A DNA stretch of 64,000 nucleotides from Acidobacteriota bacterium. GTDB taxonomy: Bacteria > Acidobacteriota > UBA890 > WLXD01. The stretch spans positions 224,001 to 288,000 of the forward strand of contig CAXWPH010000002.1 of NCBI GenBank assembly GCA_963666055.2, read 5' to 3'. Shown one piece after another: positions 11,527 through 20,793 of the stretch. Position 1 is the stretch's first letter. The number at the start of each line of letters is the position of its first letter. Position numbers and translations under genes: made by a program. The notes under the pieces were generated by a model that had not been told where the DNA came from, did no database searches, and worked only from the letters and a program-made list of their open reading frames with translations.

Positions 11527-11801
11527 CAGGCCGTGGTGAAAGTGTGGTGGGTCTGGCGACAGGGACTTGCGAAGTGGAGGCAAGGAGAGAGGAGAAGGCG
11601 ATGGATACCCCATCGTTGACGAGGAACGACGCAGCATACGCGCGCAACCCCCTGTCGCCCGAAGGGTTACGGCGATTTGGGGCCATTTGCAGCGTTGGCC
11701 TTCCTGGACGATGGCTAGGGCATCGCCTGTGTCAGGCCGCCTTGCATCTGGCCCCAACTCGCCGTAACCAGTCCCACCACACTTTCACCACGGCCTGCTA
11801 G
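11523..11801 (+). mobile_element. 279-bp MITE-like element, copy 1
   Basis: Ends CTAGCAGGCCGTGGTGAAAGTGTGGTGGGTCTGG ... CCAGTCCCACCACACTTTCACCACGGCCTGCTAG; near-identical to 42434-42711 and 51835-52113; the left CTAG contains the S9 stop. Confidence 0.9.
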
Positions 11802-12142
11802 GGCGCCATTCGCCGGACAGCTCGCCACCAGGGTCGGCTCTAGGGCCGACTCCGCAGTAGCTCACCCGGGCGACCTTCGTAAACCAGTCGCAGAAGCCAG
11901 CGGCCTTGCCGCTGAACTCACCGGAGATCCATACGTCTTTTGACGACGAGGGGTCGGAGATCACGCCAACGTAGTCTCCCGTGCGCTCGAATCCCCCTGC
12001 GCCTTTGTCGATCGTGCACGTACTGGAAGGCGGCGATGACGTCTCCACTTGGGGTAACCGCGATTCCCGGCACCCAAACGTAGTGGCCCTTGACTCCGAA
12101 CAGGTCTTCGAAACCTACCGTAGCGCCGTCGGCGGTCGGCAA
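11802..12142 (-). pseudogene. Broken C-terminal fragment of a probable secreted hypothetical protein
   Basis: Two protein-like pieces in different frames (YVWVPGIAVTPSGDVIAAFQY and ERTGDYVGVISDPSSSKDVWISGEF); no convincing start; the 3' end runs into the MITE. Confidence 0.45.
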
Positions 12143-12247
12143 CCCGCTTCATGCCGACGTCGACGCAATAGTGCATTTGCAATCTACCCAATGCGAAATA
12201 GATTGCGCGACAGTGATCGATAATGCGTTTCACTATCCGGAGATGAC

Positions 12248-12277
12248 TTGACAACGTCCTTCGATTTGTCGTACAAT
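12248..12277 (+). promoter_or_regulatory. Sigma70-type promoter
   Basis: TTGACA(12248-12253)-18 nt-TACAAT(12272-12277) in an AT-rich patch; palindrome ACAATCT-TT-AGATTGT overlaps the -10. Confidence 0.6.
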
Positions 12278-12300
12278 CTTTAGATTGTTGCTTGAAGCAG

Positions 12301-12331
12301 CCCGTCCGGGCAGTCGCCGGGACGGGTTTTT
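12301..12331 (+). terminator. Intrinsic terminator
   Basis: CCCGTCC-G-GGC-AGTC-GCC-G-GGACGGG followed by TTTTT. Confidence 0.75.
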
Positions 12332-12434
12332 CGTGTTTATGGACTCAGGCTGGCAGGGATGAGGCTGAGCCCGCAGGCGTCCCGGTAAGTCGAGCGCGCC
12401 TGCCCCGGCGCGGCCCGTGTCGGTCGGCCGATCG

Positions 12435-14264
12435 CTAGTTCGCAGCGAGGACGCGGTCCACTTCGACAGCTACCGCCGCAGCCAGTTCGCCGCACTCGCT
12501 GAGGGCGGATTCGATCTCGCCCCGCATCTCGGCGCCGAAGTCGGCATCGTCGATGTGCCGCAGGTTGATGCGCACGTTGTAGGCTGCCGCCTGCGCCCCT
12601 GCGTGTGCCAGCAGCGCGCCAGTGCCGGCGTCGCTGATCATCTCGGGGTCGGCCATGGTGGCGATCTCGCGGCACAGGCGAAGCGCGTCGCGACACTGTT
12701 GCACGGTGGCCAGCGGCACGCGGGTGGCGGCCTTGTAACCCTCCTGCATGGCCTCGGCGCGCTCGGCCTGTTGGGCCCCTGTGTCGCGCGGCATACGCAT
12801 GGCCTCGAGCACCTTCTCGAAGGCGCTGGTGTCGGCGTCGACGCCACGCAGCAGGGCGTCCTTGACGGCCTGGCCGCGCTCGGCGATTGAGCAGAGCCGG
12901 TCGTACCGATCGCTGAACTCGCCCTTGCCGACGCTGAGGTTGGCCACCATCGCAGCGAGGCCGCCGCCCAACGCCCCCGCCAATGCAGCGACCGAGCCGC
13001 CGCCCGGCGCCGGCGTGTCGCGCGACACCTCGTCGACGAAGTCGAAGGTGGTGCGGTTCACCAGCGGGCCGTCCGTCAGAGGCATTGCCAACACCTTCTC
13101 GTCGGCCTCGAACGGCGCCACGTCGCGCAGCCCCATCGACTGGATCGCCGTCTCCATCAGGTCGGGTACCGGCGCGCCGGTCGATTTGCGCATGCGACGC
13201 AGGTAGAACAGCGCCGCCTCGCGCATCACCGCGTAGGGCACCACGCCGACGATCTCGGAGCCGGTAATGGCGATGCCGCGCTCCCGTGCCGCCTCGCGCG
13301 TCGCCTCGAGCACGTCGTGCAGCGCCGCCTCCTTGGTGTTGGTGAGATTCATGCTTACCTGGGCGCGCTTGAACTCGTCGATCACCCAGCCGATTGCCTT
13401 GACGTGGGTGAACTGCCCGTCGGTGTACACCGGGCCAGTGGGGTTGTCGGGGTCGATCCCCAGGTCTTCGTAGCGCTGGCGCAGATCACCGCCGTGCTCG
13501 TCGCGATAGTGCGTCTCAAGCTCCTCGAACGAGGCGCCGACGAAGTCGCAGGGTCCGCACGGGTAGGTGCCGTCGCCGCGGAACTTCACTACCGTGCCCT
13601 TGTAGTAGAAGGGCTCGATGTTGCCGGTGCGTTTCCAGCGTCCGCGCTCGCGCACCGTGTAGGCGATCTCGTTGGCGTAGCGTCGATCGGTGGTGTTCAA
13701 ATCGACGTTGTAGGCGACCAGAAACTCGCGTGCGCCGACCGCGGTGGCTCCGGCGCCAGCGTTGAATTCGGTGGGTCCGAAGTCGGGCGTCCACTCCGGG
13801 TCGGCCAGCTTGTCTTCAAGTCCCTCGTACTCTCCCGCTCGCACCCGCGACAGGTTGCGCCGCTCCGGTCGGCTGGCGGCGTTCTCATACAGGTACACGG
13901 AAATACCGAGCTCCGTGCCTATGCGTGCGCCGACCTGCCGGGCGATCTCGGCGCAGTCCTCCATGCTGACGCCGGAAACGGGTACGAACGGCAGCACATC
14001 GGTGGCGCCGAATCGCGGATGGGCGCCCGAGTGTTGCCGCATGTCGATCAGCTCGGCGGCCCGCTGTACCGCCTGGAACGCGGCTTCGGCCACAGCCTCG
14101 GGTGCGCCGGTGAACGTGACCACGGTGCGGTTGGTGTCGGCCCCGGGATCGACATCGATCAGGCGCACGCCGGCAACGCCCTCGATGGCGGCGGTGATCT
14201 CGCGGATCACGCCCTTATCCCGGCCTTCCGAGAAGTTGGGAACACATTCGACGATGCGGTCCAT
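12435..14264 (-). CDS. ftcD: Bifunctional glutamate formimidoyltransferase / formiminotetrahydrofolate cyclodeaminase, with internal zinc-finger-like insertion
   Basis: IVECVPNFSEGRD, HPRFGATDV, GAREFLVAYN, QVSMNL; C-terminal PAPGGGSVAAL...AAYNVRINL cyclodeaminase domain. Confidence 0.95.
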   Translation of the reverse strand: MDRIVECVPNFSEGRDKGVIREITAAIEGVAGVRLIDVDPGADTNRTVVTFTGAPEAVAEAAFQAVQRAAELIDMRQHSGAHPRFGATDVLPFVPVSGVSMEDCAEIARQVGARIGTELGISVYLYENAASRPERRNLSRVRAGEYEGLEDKLADPEWTPDFGPTEFNAGAGATAVGAREFLVAYNVDLNTTDRRYANEIAYTVRERGRWKRTGNIEPFYYKGTVVKFRGDGTYPCGPCDFVGASFEELETHYRDEHGGDLRQRYEDLGIDPDNPTGPVYTDGQFTHVKAIGWVIDEFKRAQVSMNLTNTKEAALHDVLEATREAARERGIAITGSEIVGVVPYAVMREAALFYLRRMRKSTGAPVPDLMETAIQSMGLRDVAPFEADEKVLAMPLTDGPLVNRTTFDFVDEVSRDTPAPGGGSVAALAGALGGGLAAMVANLSVGKGEFSDRYDRLCSIAERGQAVKDALLRGVDADTSAFEKVLEAMRMPRDTGAQQAERAEAMQEGYKAATRVPLATVQQCRDALRLCREIATMADPEMISDAGTGALLAHAGAQAAAYNVRINLRHIDDADFGAEMRGEIESALSECGELAAAVAVEVDRVLAAN

Positions 14265-14572
14265 ACGAAGCCTCGAGTTTCAAGGCGCTGGTTGGCGTCT
14301 TGGTTGACTCATGATGCCCATGGAGTCTCGAAGTCACAAACTCCGCGACGAATGCCGTGGCTGCAGCAACGGTGTCGATCGGAGTGCGGCTTCGAGCGCT
14401 GCCTAACTTCCGGGAGTCTGAGGCAGCGAGAACTCCAGGCTCGGCCTCATTTGCCTTGTTTCCCGGCGGCTGCATATGAAACTGGCGAAACGGCCTGATC
14501 GGCTCGATGGTCGCTTTCTCCGATGCCAAGGGGTAGGTGACGACCCTTGCGCGGTAGTCTACGCGGCGTGTA

Positions 14573-14606
14573 TATAGGGTATAACCCTATAGTGTTCCAC
14601 TCTATA
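14573..14606. promoter_or_regulatory. Two overlapping TATAG-N9-CTATA palindromes, putative PadR operator
   Basis: TATAG-GGTATAACC-CTATA (14573-14591) and TATAG-TGTTCCACT-CTATA (14588-14606), just upstream of the PadR gene. Confidence 0.6.
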
Positions 14607-14621
14607 TATGGGATTTTCCTC

Positions 14622-14978
14622 GTGCGTCAGCCTGTGGATGAGCTGCTTCCCCTCACCCATGTCGTGTATCACGTCCTCCTGTCGCTCGCTCCGGAGCCCC
14701 GACACGGGTACGGCATCATCAAGAACGTCAGCGAATGCACCGGCGGGCGCCTCGAGCTCGAGGCGGGAACGCTGTACGCGGCGATTCGGCGGCTGCGTAA
14801 CGATGGACTGATCGAGGAAACTCCCGCCCCGGCCGACACAGATGCGCGGCGCCGCTACTATGACCTGACCGGCCTGGGTCGCGTGGTGCTACGCGCCGAG
14901 TCGGAGCGTTTGGCGGAGCTGGTCGAGCTGGCACGCGCCGCACGAGTGCTCACGGTTCCGTCGGGGGGCGAGAACTGA
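14622..14978 (+). CDS. PadR family transcriptional regulator
   Basis: HGYGII...GTLYAAIRRL...GLIE...RRRYYDLTGLG; GTG start at 14622 or 14634. Confidence 0.93.
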   Translation: MRQPVDELLPLTHVVYHVLLSLAPEPRHGYGIIKNVSECTGGRLELEAGTLYAAIRRLRNDGLIEETPAPADTDARRRYYDLTGLGRVVLRAESERLAELVELARAARVLTVPSGGEN

Positions 14979-14979
14979 C

Positions 14980-17682
14980 GTGTGCCGAGGTGCCTACCGT
15001 CGCCTGCTGGGATTGCTACCTGCCGATTTCCGCCGGCAGTATCGCGACGAGATGTGTAGCGTCGTGGAGGAGCATTGGCGGGTCGTCCGACGGCAGGTCG
15101 GGATGCTCGGTGCGCTGCGTTTCTGGGCTCGACAAGCGTTCGCGGTGGTGGTTGCGGCGATCGAGTCGCGGCGTCGCCGCCCGCCCGCAATGGCCTACGA
15201 AGCGAGCCTCTTGCGTCTCGCGACGGTTCAAACCGGTGATGGTGGGGGCTCGATGGACGGCTTGGTGCAGGACTTGCGATATGCGATGCGCACGCTGCTG
15301 AAGCGGCCGGGCTTCGCGCTGGTCACAGCGGCGACCCTGGGCCTGGGAATCGGCGCCTCGACGACGATCTTCAGCGCGGTGCACGCGGTCCTGTTCCGAG
15401 CCCTGCCCTACGGCGACGTCGACCGCCTTGTCGCCGTCTACCACGAGGACATCCAGACCGGCGAGCGCGGCAGCGGGCTGTCGGCGGCCAACGCGCGCGA
15501 CCTCATGGAGCACGCCGACTCCCTGACTGCCGTCGCCGTGGCCGACCCCTACTCCCTCGATCTGGAGGTGGAGGGCCGGGCGATGAGCCTGCGCACATGG
15601 TCGGTCTCCGAAGGCTTCTTCGAGATCGCCACGGTGACCCCCTACCTTGGCCGGACTTTTGCCGCCAACGAGTACGTTGGCGATAGCGAACCCGTGGTCT
15701 TGGTGGGCTACCGTAGCTGGCTGAATCGCTTCGGCGCCGATCGTGAGTTGGTCGGGCGAACCCTGAGGCTCGACGGCCGGCCGGTGACCGTGGTCGGCGT
15801 GTTGCCGCCGGAATTCAAGCTGCCCGACGAAGCGGAGCTGTGGATGCCGCGTGCCGCGCAGTCGCACGATGAGGCCAATCGGGCCGCCGACTACATGATG
15901 GGGATTGCCCGCCTGGCGCCAGGGAGTACGCGGGCGCAGGCCGGGGCGGAGGTCGAACGTATCGCGGCCTCGTTGTCCGAGGCCTACCCGCGCACCAACA
16001 CGACAACGACGTTCCGGCTGGTGCCATTGCGCGAGGTCCTTTTTGGCGACATCCGTGCGCCGCTGCTCGTGCTCAGCGGGGCGGTCGGGTTCGTGCTGCT
16101 GATTACCTGCGCCAACGTCGCCGGTCTGATGCTGGCGCGCGGCACCGATCGTCGCCGCGAGTACGCGTTGCGTGGCGATCTCGGTGCCAGTACCGGCCGC
16201 CTGGTACGGCACATCACGATCGATAGCCTCTTCCTGGCGACCATTGGCTGCGCGCTGGGGATCGGTCTTGCCTACGCCGGTATCCAGGTGATTCGCAGCC
16301 TCGGACCAGATCATCTACCGCGCATCGACGAGATAGGTGTCGACGGGACAGTCCTCGCCTTCGCTGTGGCGGTAGCGGGTCTCAGCGCGCTCCTCTCCGG
16401 GTTGGCGCCGTCGCTGCGGTTTTCCCGCCCGGACCTCCGCGGCACCCTTACCGACGGTTCACGTGGCGCGACCCCAGGGCGCGCTGCGCTCGCACTCCGC
16501 AACGCGATCGTCGTGGCCGAGGTGGGGGCGGCGATGGTGCTGCTGGTCGGCGCCGGCTTGCTGTCGAAGAGCTTCGTCACGCTGCTCGACGAAGACCTTG
16601 GCTTCAACCCGACCAACCGGCTGGCGCTGCAGGTCTTTGCCTATGGCTACGGGGAAGACAATGGTCAAACGCGGGCGCAGTTCGTCAACCACGCCATCGA
16701 CTAAATGGAAGCGATCCCGGGCGTCCGCCGCGTTGCGCTCACCAGTAGTGTGCCCGGCGCCACCGACGGCACGGTGGCCTCGATCGAAATCGACCTGTCG
16801 TTCACGATCGAGAATCACGCCGCGCCTCCCGAAGGCCACGAACCCGAGGCGAGGGTGTCGATGGTGTCGGAACGCTACTTCGAGGTAATGGAAATCGCGG
16901 TGCTCAGCGGCCGCGGCTTCACGAGCAGTGACGATGGCCGGGCGCCGCCGGTGATCGCCGTCAATGAAGCGTTTGGTCGACGCTACTTTCCCGACAGCGA
17001 TCCGGTCGGCGAGAAGCTGGCAATCGGCTTCGGTCAGCGAGCGGCGCGGGAGATCGTCGGCATCGTGGCGGATGTGAGGCCGAGCGGCTACGAGTCCGAG
17101 CCGACGCCGGAAGTGTACTTCCCGCTGCGCCAGCAAGGGACCGGCTCGCTGACATTCATCATACAGACAGATATCGATGCGGCTCAGGTCACCAGCGCAG
17201 CCAACGCGGCGGTTTGGCGCGCCAACCCGTCGCAGGCAATCTGGGGAGCCGTCACGCTCGAGACGCTACTTTCCGATTGGCTCAAGGAGCGCAGCTTCAA
17301 CCTCTTGTTGCTGGGGTCGTTCGCTCTCATTGCGCTGGCGCTTGCCGGCATCGGAATCTACGGGCTCATCAGCTTCTCGATCGAACAACGGGTCGGCGAG
17401 ATGGGGATTCGCAGGGCCTTGGGGGGCCAGCACCGCGCCATCGTCGGCATGGTGCTGCGCGAGGCGGTCAGCCTGGCGGCACTCGGCGTCGTGCTCGGCG
17501 GGATCGGCGCCGTGCTGTTGACGCGTTTCATCCAGGGGATGCTCTTCGGTGTCGAGCCAACCGACCCGTCAACGTTCGTGATTCTCGCGGCGACGGCACT
17601 TGGCGTCTCAGCACTGGCGGCCACCCTGCCAGCCATCAGAGCGATGCGCATCGACCCGATCGTCGCTCTTCGCAACCAGTGA
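14980..17682 (+). pseudogene. ADOP-type duplicated MacB/FtsX ABC permease split by one in-frame TAA (16702-16704)
   Basis: QDLRYAMRTLLKRPGF, LLITCANVAGL, EMGIRRALG and DPIVALR motifs; ORFs 14980-16704 and 16705-17682 are contiguous in the same frame. Confidence 0.85.
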
Positions 17683-17731
17683 GGTGGTGCGGCGGAGGAT
17701 CGATTGGGTCTGGCCCGCCACACTCCCACCA

Positions 17732-18409
17732 CTAGGGCGCGGATGCAGCGTATCGCTGCTCGTACCGTGCCACGGTGACCTCGCGATCCGGCAGCGTATC
17801 CCGGATTGCCTCGGTCTCGACGGTGCGTTGCAGCCAGGCACGAAGGTCGGGCCGCTTGTCGACCAGCTCGGCCAGACTGGTGAGCTGGCGTAACCAGTCC
17901 ATGCGCGCCCAGTGCGGCGCGCAATGAAACGCCAGCAACGTGTGGACGCGCCCCTCGTCGGCGTCGACTGTGATCGCCAGCTGATCGAGCTCGCGCCCGA
18001 TATGGTCACGACGCTCGGGGTCGACCATCCCACCCGCCCGCATCGATTCGTAGAAGGTCTCGACGACGATCTCGTCCCATTGCTTCATCGCCAGTCGTTG
18101 GCGGGCGCGAAGCCGTGGGTCGGATGCAAGGACGCCTGTCCACCCGCGTGTCTCGGCCAGGTACTCGTTGATCACCTGCGACTCGTACAGCGTGAAGTCG
18201 TCGTCGACCAGCAGGGGCACGCGGCCGGTCGGGCTCAGAGCAAGGAACTCGGGGTCACGATTACGCAGATCGATCTCGTGCAGCTCGAAGGGGATATCGA
18301 GGTGGTCCAGCAGAGCGCGAGTACGCTGTGCGAACGGGCACACCTGAGCGCTGTAGAGCTTCAACGGGGCGCCTCCGGGTGTGCCGTGCTGAGGTTGCCG
18401 GACCGGCAC
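17732..18409 (-). CDS. Glutathione S-transferase family protein
   Basis: KLYSAQVCPFAQR, SPTGRVPLL, LYESQVINEYL. Confidence 0.92.
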   Translation of the reverse strand: MPVRQPQHGTPGGAPLKLYSAQVCPFAQRTRALLDHLDIPFELHEIDLRNRDPEFLALSPTGRVPLLVDDDFTLYESQVINEYLAETRGWTGVLASDPRLRARQRLAMKQWDEIVVETFYESMRAGGMVDPERRDHIGRELDQLAITVDADEGRVHTLLAFHCAPHWARMDWLRQLTSLAELVDKRPDLRAWLQRTVETEAIRDTLPDREVTVARYEQRYAASAP

Positions 18410-18410
18410 C

Positions 18411-20183
18411 CTAGCGCTCTTCGAGCCAGGCGCGGTCGGCGTCGCTCGGAGCGCCGTCGGCCAGATACTCAGCCACGACCTGCACGAACTCCGAGTTGGT
18501 CAGATCGTCGCCGGACCCCGAGGGGCTGTAGCCGATCCAGCAGTGCGGCTTGCGCCACCCGTACTCGAACGACGCTTCGGCCGGCGGGTTGTCGACCCGG
18601 TCGAGGAAGTCTTGCAGCAGGAACACCGCTTCCTCCAGGTAGTAGGTATCCATGTCGCCGGTTGCCACGTGCAGCTTGCCGCGCAGCGACGGGCCGATCT
18701 CCGGCCATTGCTCGCGAAGGTAGCGGTGCAGGTCGAAGTTCTCACGCCAGTACTCGGCGACCTCGAGGTGGATCACGCCGCTGACCGGATCCCAGATTGG
18801 AGCCGGGTAGCCATCGTCGCCGACGGGACCGAATACTGCTTCCCAGATCGCCCACTGGCCACCCGAGCGGCTGTTGGGCCCGCGTGCAAGCTCCATGGTG
18901 TTTTCCATGCGCACAGTGGACGTGATGTTGCCGTCCGGTCGGCGCGCGTTGGGGCGCTCTATTCGATGCCATTCGTTGCCCGTGGTGTAGGCGTTGTCGT
19001 CCTCGTAAATGCCGACGATCTGGTAGTAGTTGAAGTCCACCGGATCAGGGCACCAGCCCCAGGTTCCGCCGAAGACCTCGGGGTAGAAGATCTGCGCCGC
19101 AAGAGCCTCCCAGCCACCCGTGGAGCCACCGGCGGTGACCCGTGCCCAGGTCTTAGGAATCATCCGGAACCGGCGCTCGAGGTACGGCATCAGCTCCTCG
19201 GTTATCGCTGTGCCGTAGGGGCCGACGTTGGCGGAATCGACCGAGTACGAGGTGTCGTAATAGGGGTTGGCGTCACGCAGTGTGACGGCGAACATGCGCG
19301 GGGACTCGTCGGAGTCCCAGCGTTCGGTAAAGCCCGCCGCCCGGGCGCGCGGTGCCTCGTCGCCATAGCCGAGCGGTGCGGCGCGCCCCGGAAAGTGACC
19401 CTGCACGTAGAGGGTCGGGTAGTGGGTGTCCGAGCTCGGGTCATAGCCATACGGCAGCAGCACGTTGGCGCCGATGTACATATCGCGGCCCCAGAACTTG
19501 CTCAGCACCTCGCTACGCAGCTTGACGAACTTGACGCGCTCGCTGTCGCGCGGGTTGCCCTGCTGCAGCACCTCGCCGTCGCGCAGCGGTTCGATCGGCG
19601 GAATGACCTGGTCGATCACCAGTTCGATGCTGCCGCCCGTCGCCGGGTCGATGCGCATACGGGTCGGCGTGCCGTAGGCGTTGCCGGGGGCGCGGAACGC
19701 CTGCTGTCCAGCGCCGGAATTCAGATGCATCTCGACGACGTGCCCGTCGTGGCGTTCGAACCGCGTATACACGCTCAGGAACGGCTGAACGATGTATTCG
19801 CCGGGCGGGATGGCGTCGAAGCTCGCCAGCGGATAGCCGATGACGCCGCCGTCGGACATCGTGCCCGACCCGCGCGCTCCACTGGTATCGAGTGTCACCG
19901 AGTCGTTGTCGCCGAAGCCCCGCACATCCATGCCCCAGAGCGGCACCCCGGTGACCCCCAGCTGCAGGCGTGGCTCGGTGTTGACGTCGCGCGACAGCAC
20001 CAGGAACACGCGCCCGGTGACCGGCACGTCCAACCCAAGGGCGGCGATCCCGAGCGCCGCCTCGGTGGAGAGTCGTATATGTACGCGCAGCGTGTCGTTG
20101 GGCGACACCGACAGCGACAGGCCGGACCGTGCCAGGACTACGGCCACGGACACCATTGCTACAATCCAGGTCGATCGTCGCAT
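18411..20183 (-). CDS. Secreted alpha/beta-hydrolase (putative esterase family)
   Basis: Signal peptide; VLLPYGYD, DSANVGPYG, GGSTGGW nucleophile elbow, GDMD. Confidence 0.85.
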   Translation of the reverse strand: MRRSTWIVAMVSVAVVLARSGLSLSVSPNDTLRVHIRLSTEAALGIAALGLDVPVTGRVFLVLSRDVNTEPRLQLGVTGVPLWGMDVRGFGDNDSVTLDTSGARGSGTMSDGGVIGYPLASFDAIPPGEYIVQPFLSVYTRFERHDGHVVEMHLNSGAGQQAFRAPGNAYGTPTRMRIDPATGGSIELVIDQVIPPIEPLRDGEVLQQGNPRDSERVKFVKLRSEVLSKFWGRDMYIGANVLLPYGYDPSSDTHYPTLYVQGHFPGRAAPLGYGDEAPRARAAGFTERWDSDESPRMFAVTLRDANPYYDTSYSVDSANVGPYGTAITEELMPYLERRFRMIPKTWARVTAGGSTGGWEALAAQIFYPEVFGGTWGWCPDPVDFNYYQIVGIYEDDNAYTTGNEWHRIERPNARRPDGNITSTVRMENTMELARGPNSRSGGQWAIWEAVFGPVGDDGYPAPIWDPVSGVIHLEVAEYWRENFDLHRYLREQWPEIGPSLRGKLHVATGDMDTYYLEEAVFLLQDFLDRVDNPPAEASFEYGWRKPHCWIGYSPSGSGDDLTNSEFVQVVAEYLADGAPSDADRAWLEER

Positions 20184-20281
20184 GGGGGGATCTTACAGTG
20201 GTCGACGGTATCGTTCCCTGAGCCCCGCCGCTGATTCATCACCGCAAATACTGACCTGATGTACGGGAGAGTGATCGGCAG

Positions 20282-20779
20282 ATGGGTACCTACGCAGAAG
20301 TGTTCTTCGATATCACCATCGACGGCGAGCCCGCTGGGCGTGTGGTCATGGAGTTGAGCGACGAGACCCCCAAGACGTCGGAGAACTTTCGCGCCTTGTG
20401 CACCGGCGAGAAGGGCTTCGGATACGAGGGGTCGGGCTTTCACCGCATCATTCCCAACTTCATGTGCCAGGCTGGCGACTTCACCAACCACGACGGCACC
20501 GGCGGTAAGTCGATCTACGGTGACCGGTTCGACGATGAGAACTTCACGCTTGCGCACACCGGCCCGGGCATCCTTTCCATGGCCAATGCCGGTCCTAACA
20601 CCAATGGCTCGCAATTCTTCATTTGCACTGCGGAGACGGCATGGCTGGACGGCAAGCACTGCGTCTTCGGGCGGGTGACCGAGGGCATGGACGTGATCCG
20701 GGCCTGCGAAGCGGTCGGCAAAGGATCGGGGGCTCCGTCGGCGCCGGTGATCATTGACGCCTGCGGAGAGCTCTCGTAG
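20282..20779 (+). CDS. ppiA: Cyclophilin-type peptidyl-prolyl isomerase
   Basis: [42 protein letters not shown]. Confidence 0.97.
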   Translation: MGTYAEVFFDITIDGEPAGRVVMELSDETPKTSENFRALCTGEKGFGYEGSGFHRIIPNFMCQAGDFTNHDGTGGKSIYGDRFDDENFTLAHTGPGILSMANAGPNTNGSQFFICTAETAWLDGKHCVFGRVTEGMDVIRACEAVGKGSGAPSAPVIIDACGELS

Positions 20780-20793
20780 ACGCGACCGGGAGA

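Noticed and set aside
16702-16704. Stop-codon recoding in the ADOP permease
   Set aside because: The codon is TAA, not TGA or TAG; there is no catalytic Cys/Lys context and no obvious recoding hairpin.
20282-20779. Eukaryote-like cyclophilin (and class I aldolase at 56709-57728) as eukaryotic gene transfer
   Set aside because: Both types are widespread in bacteria and their codon usage matches the neighbours.
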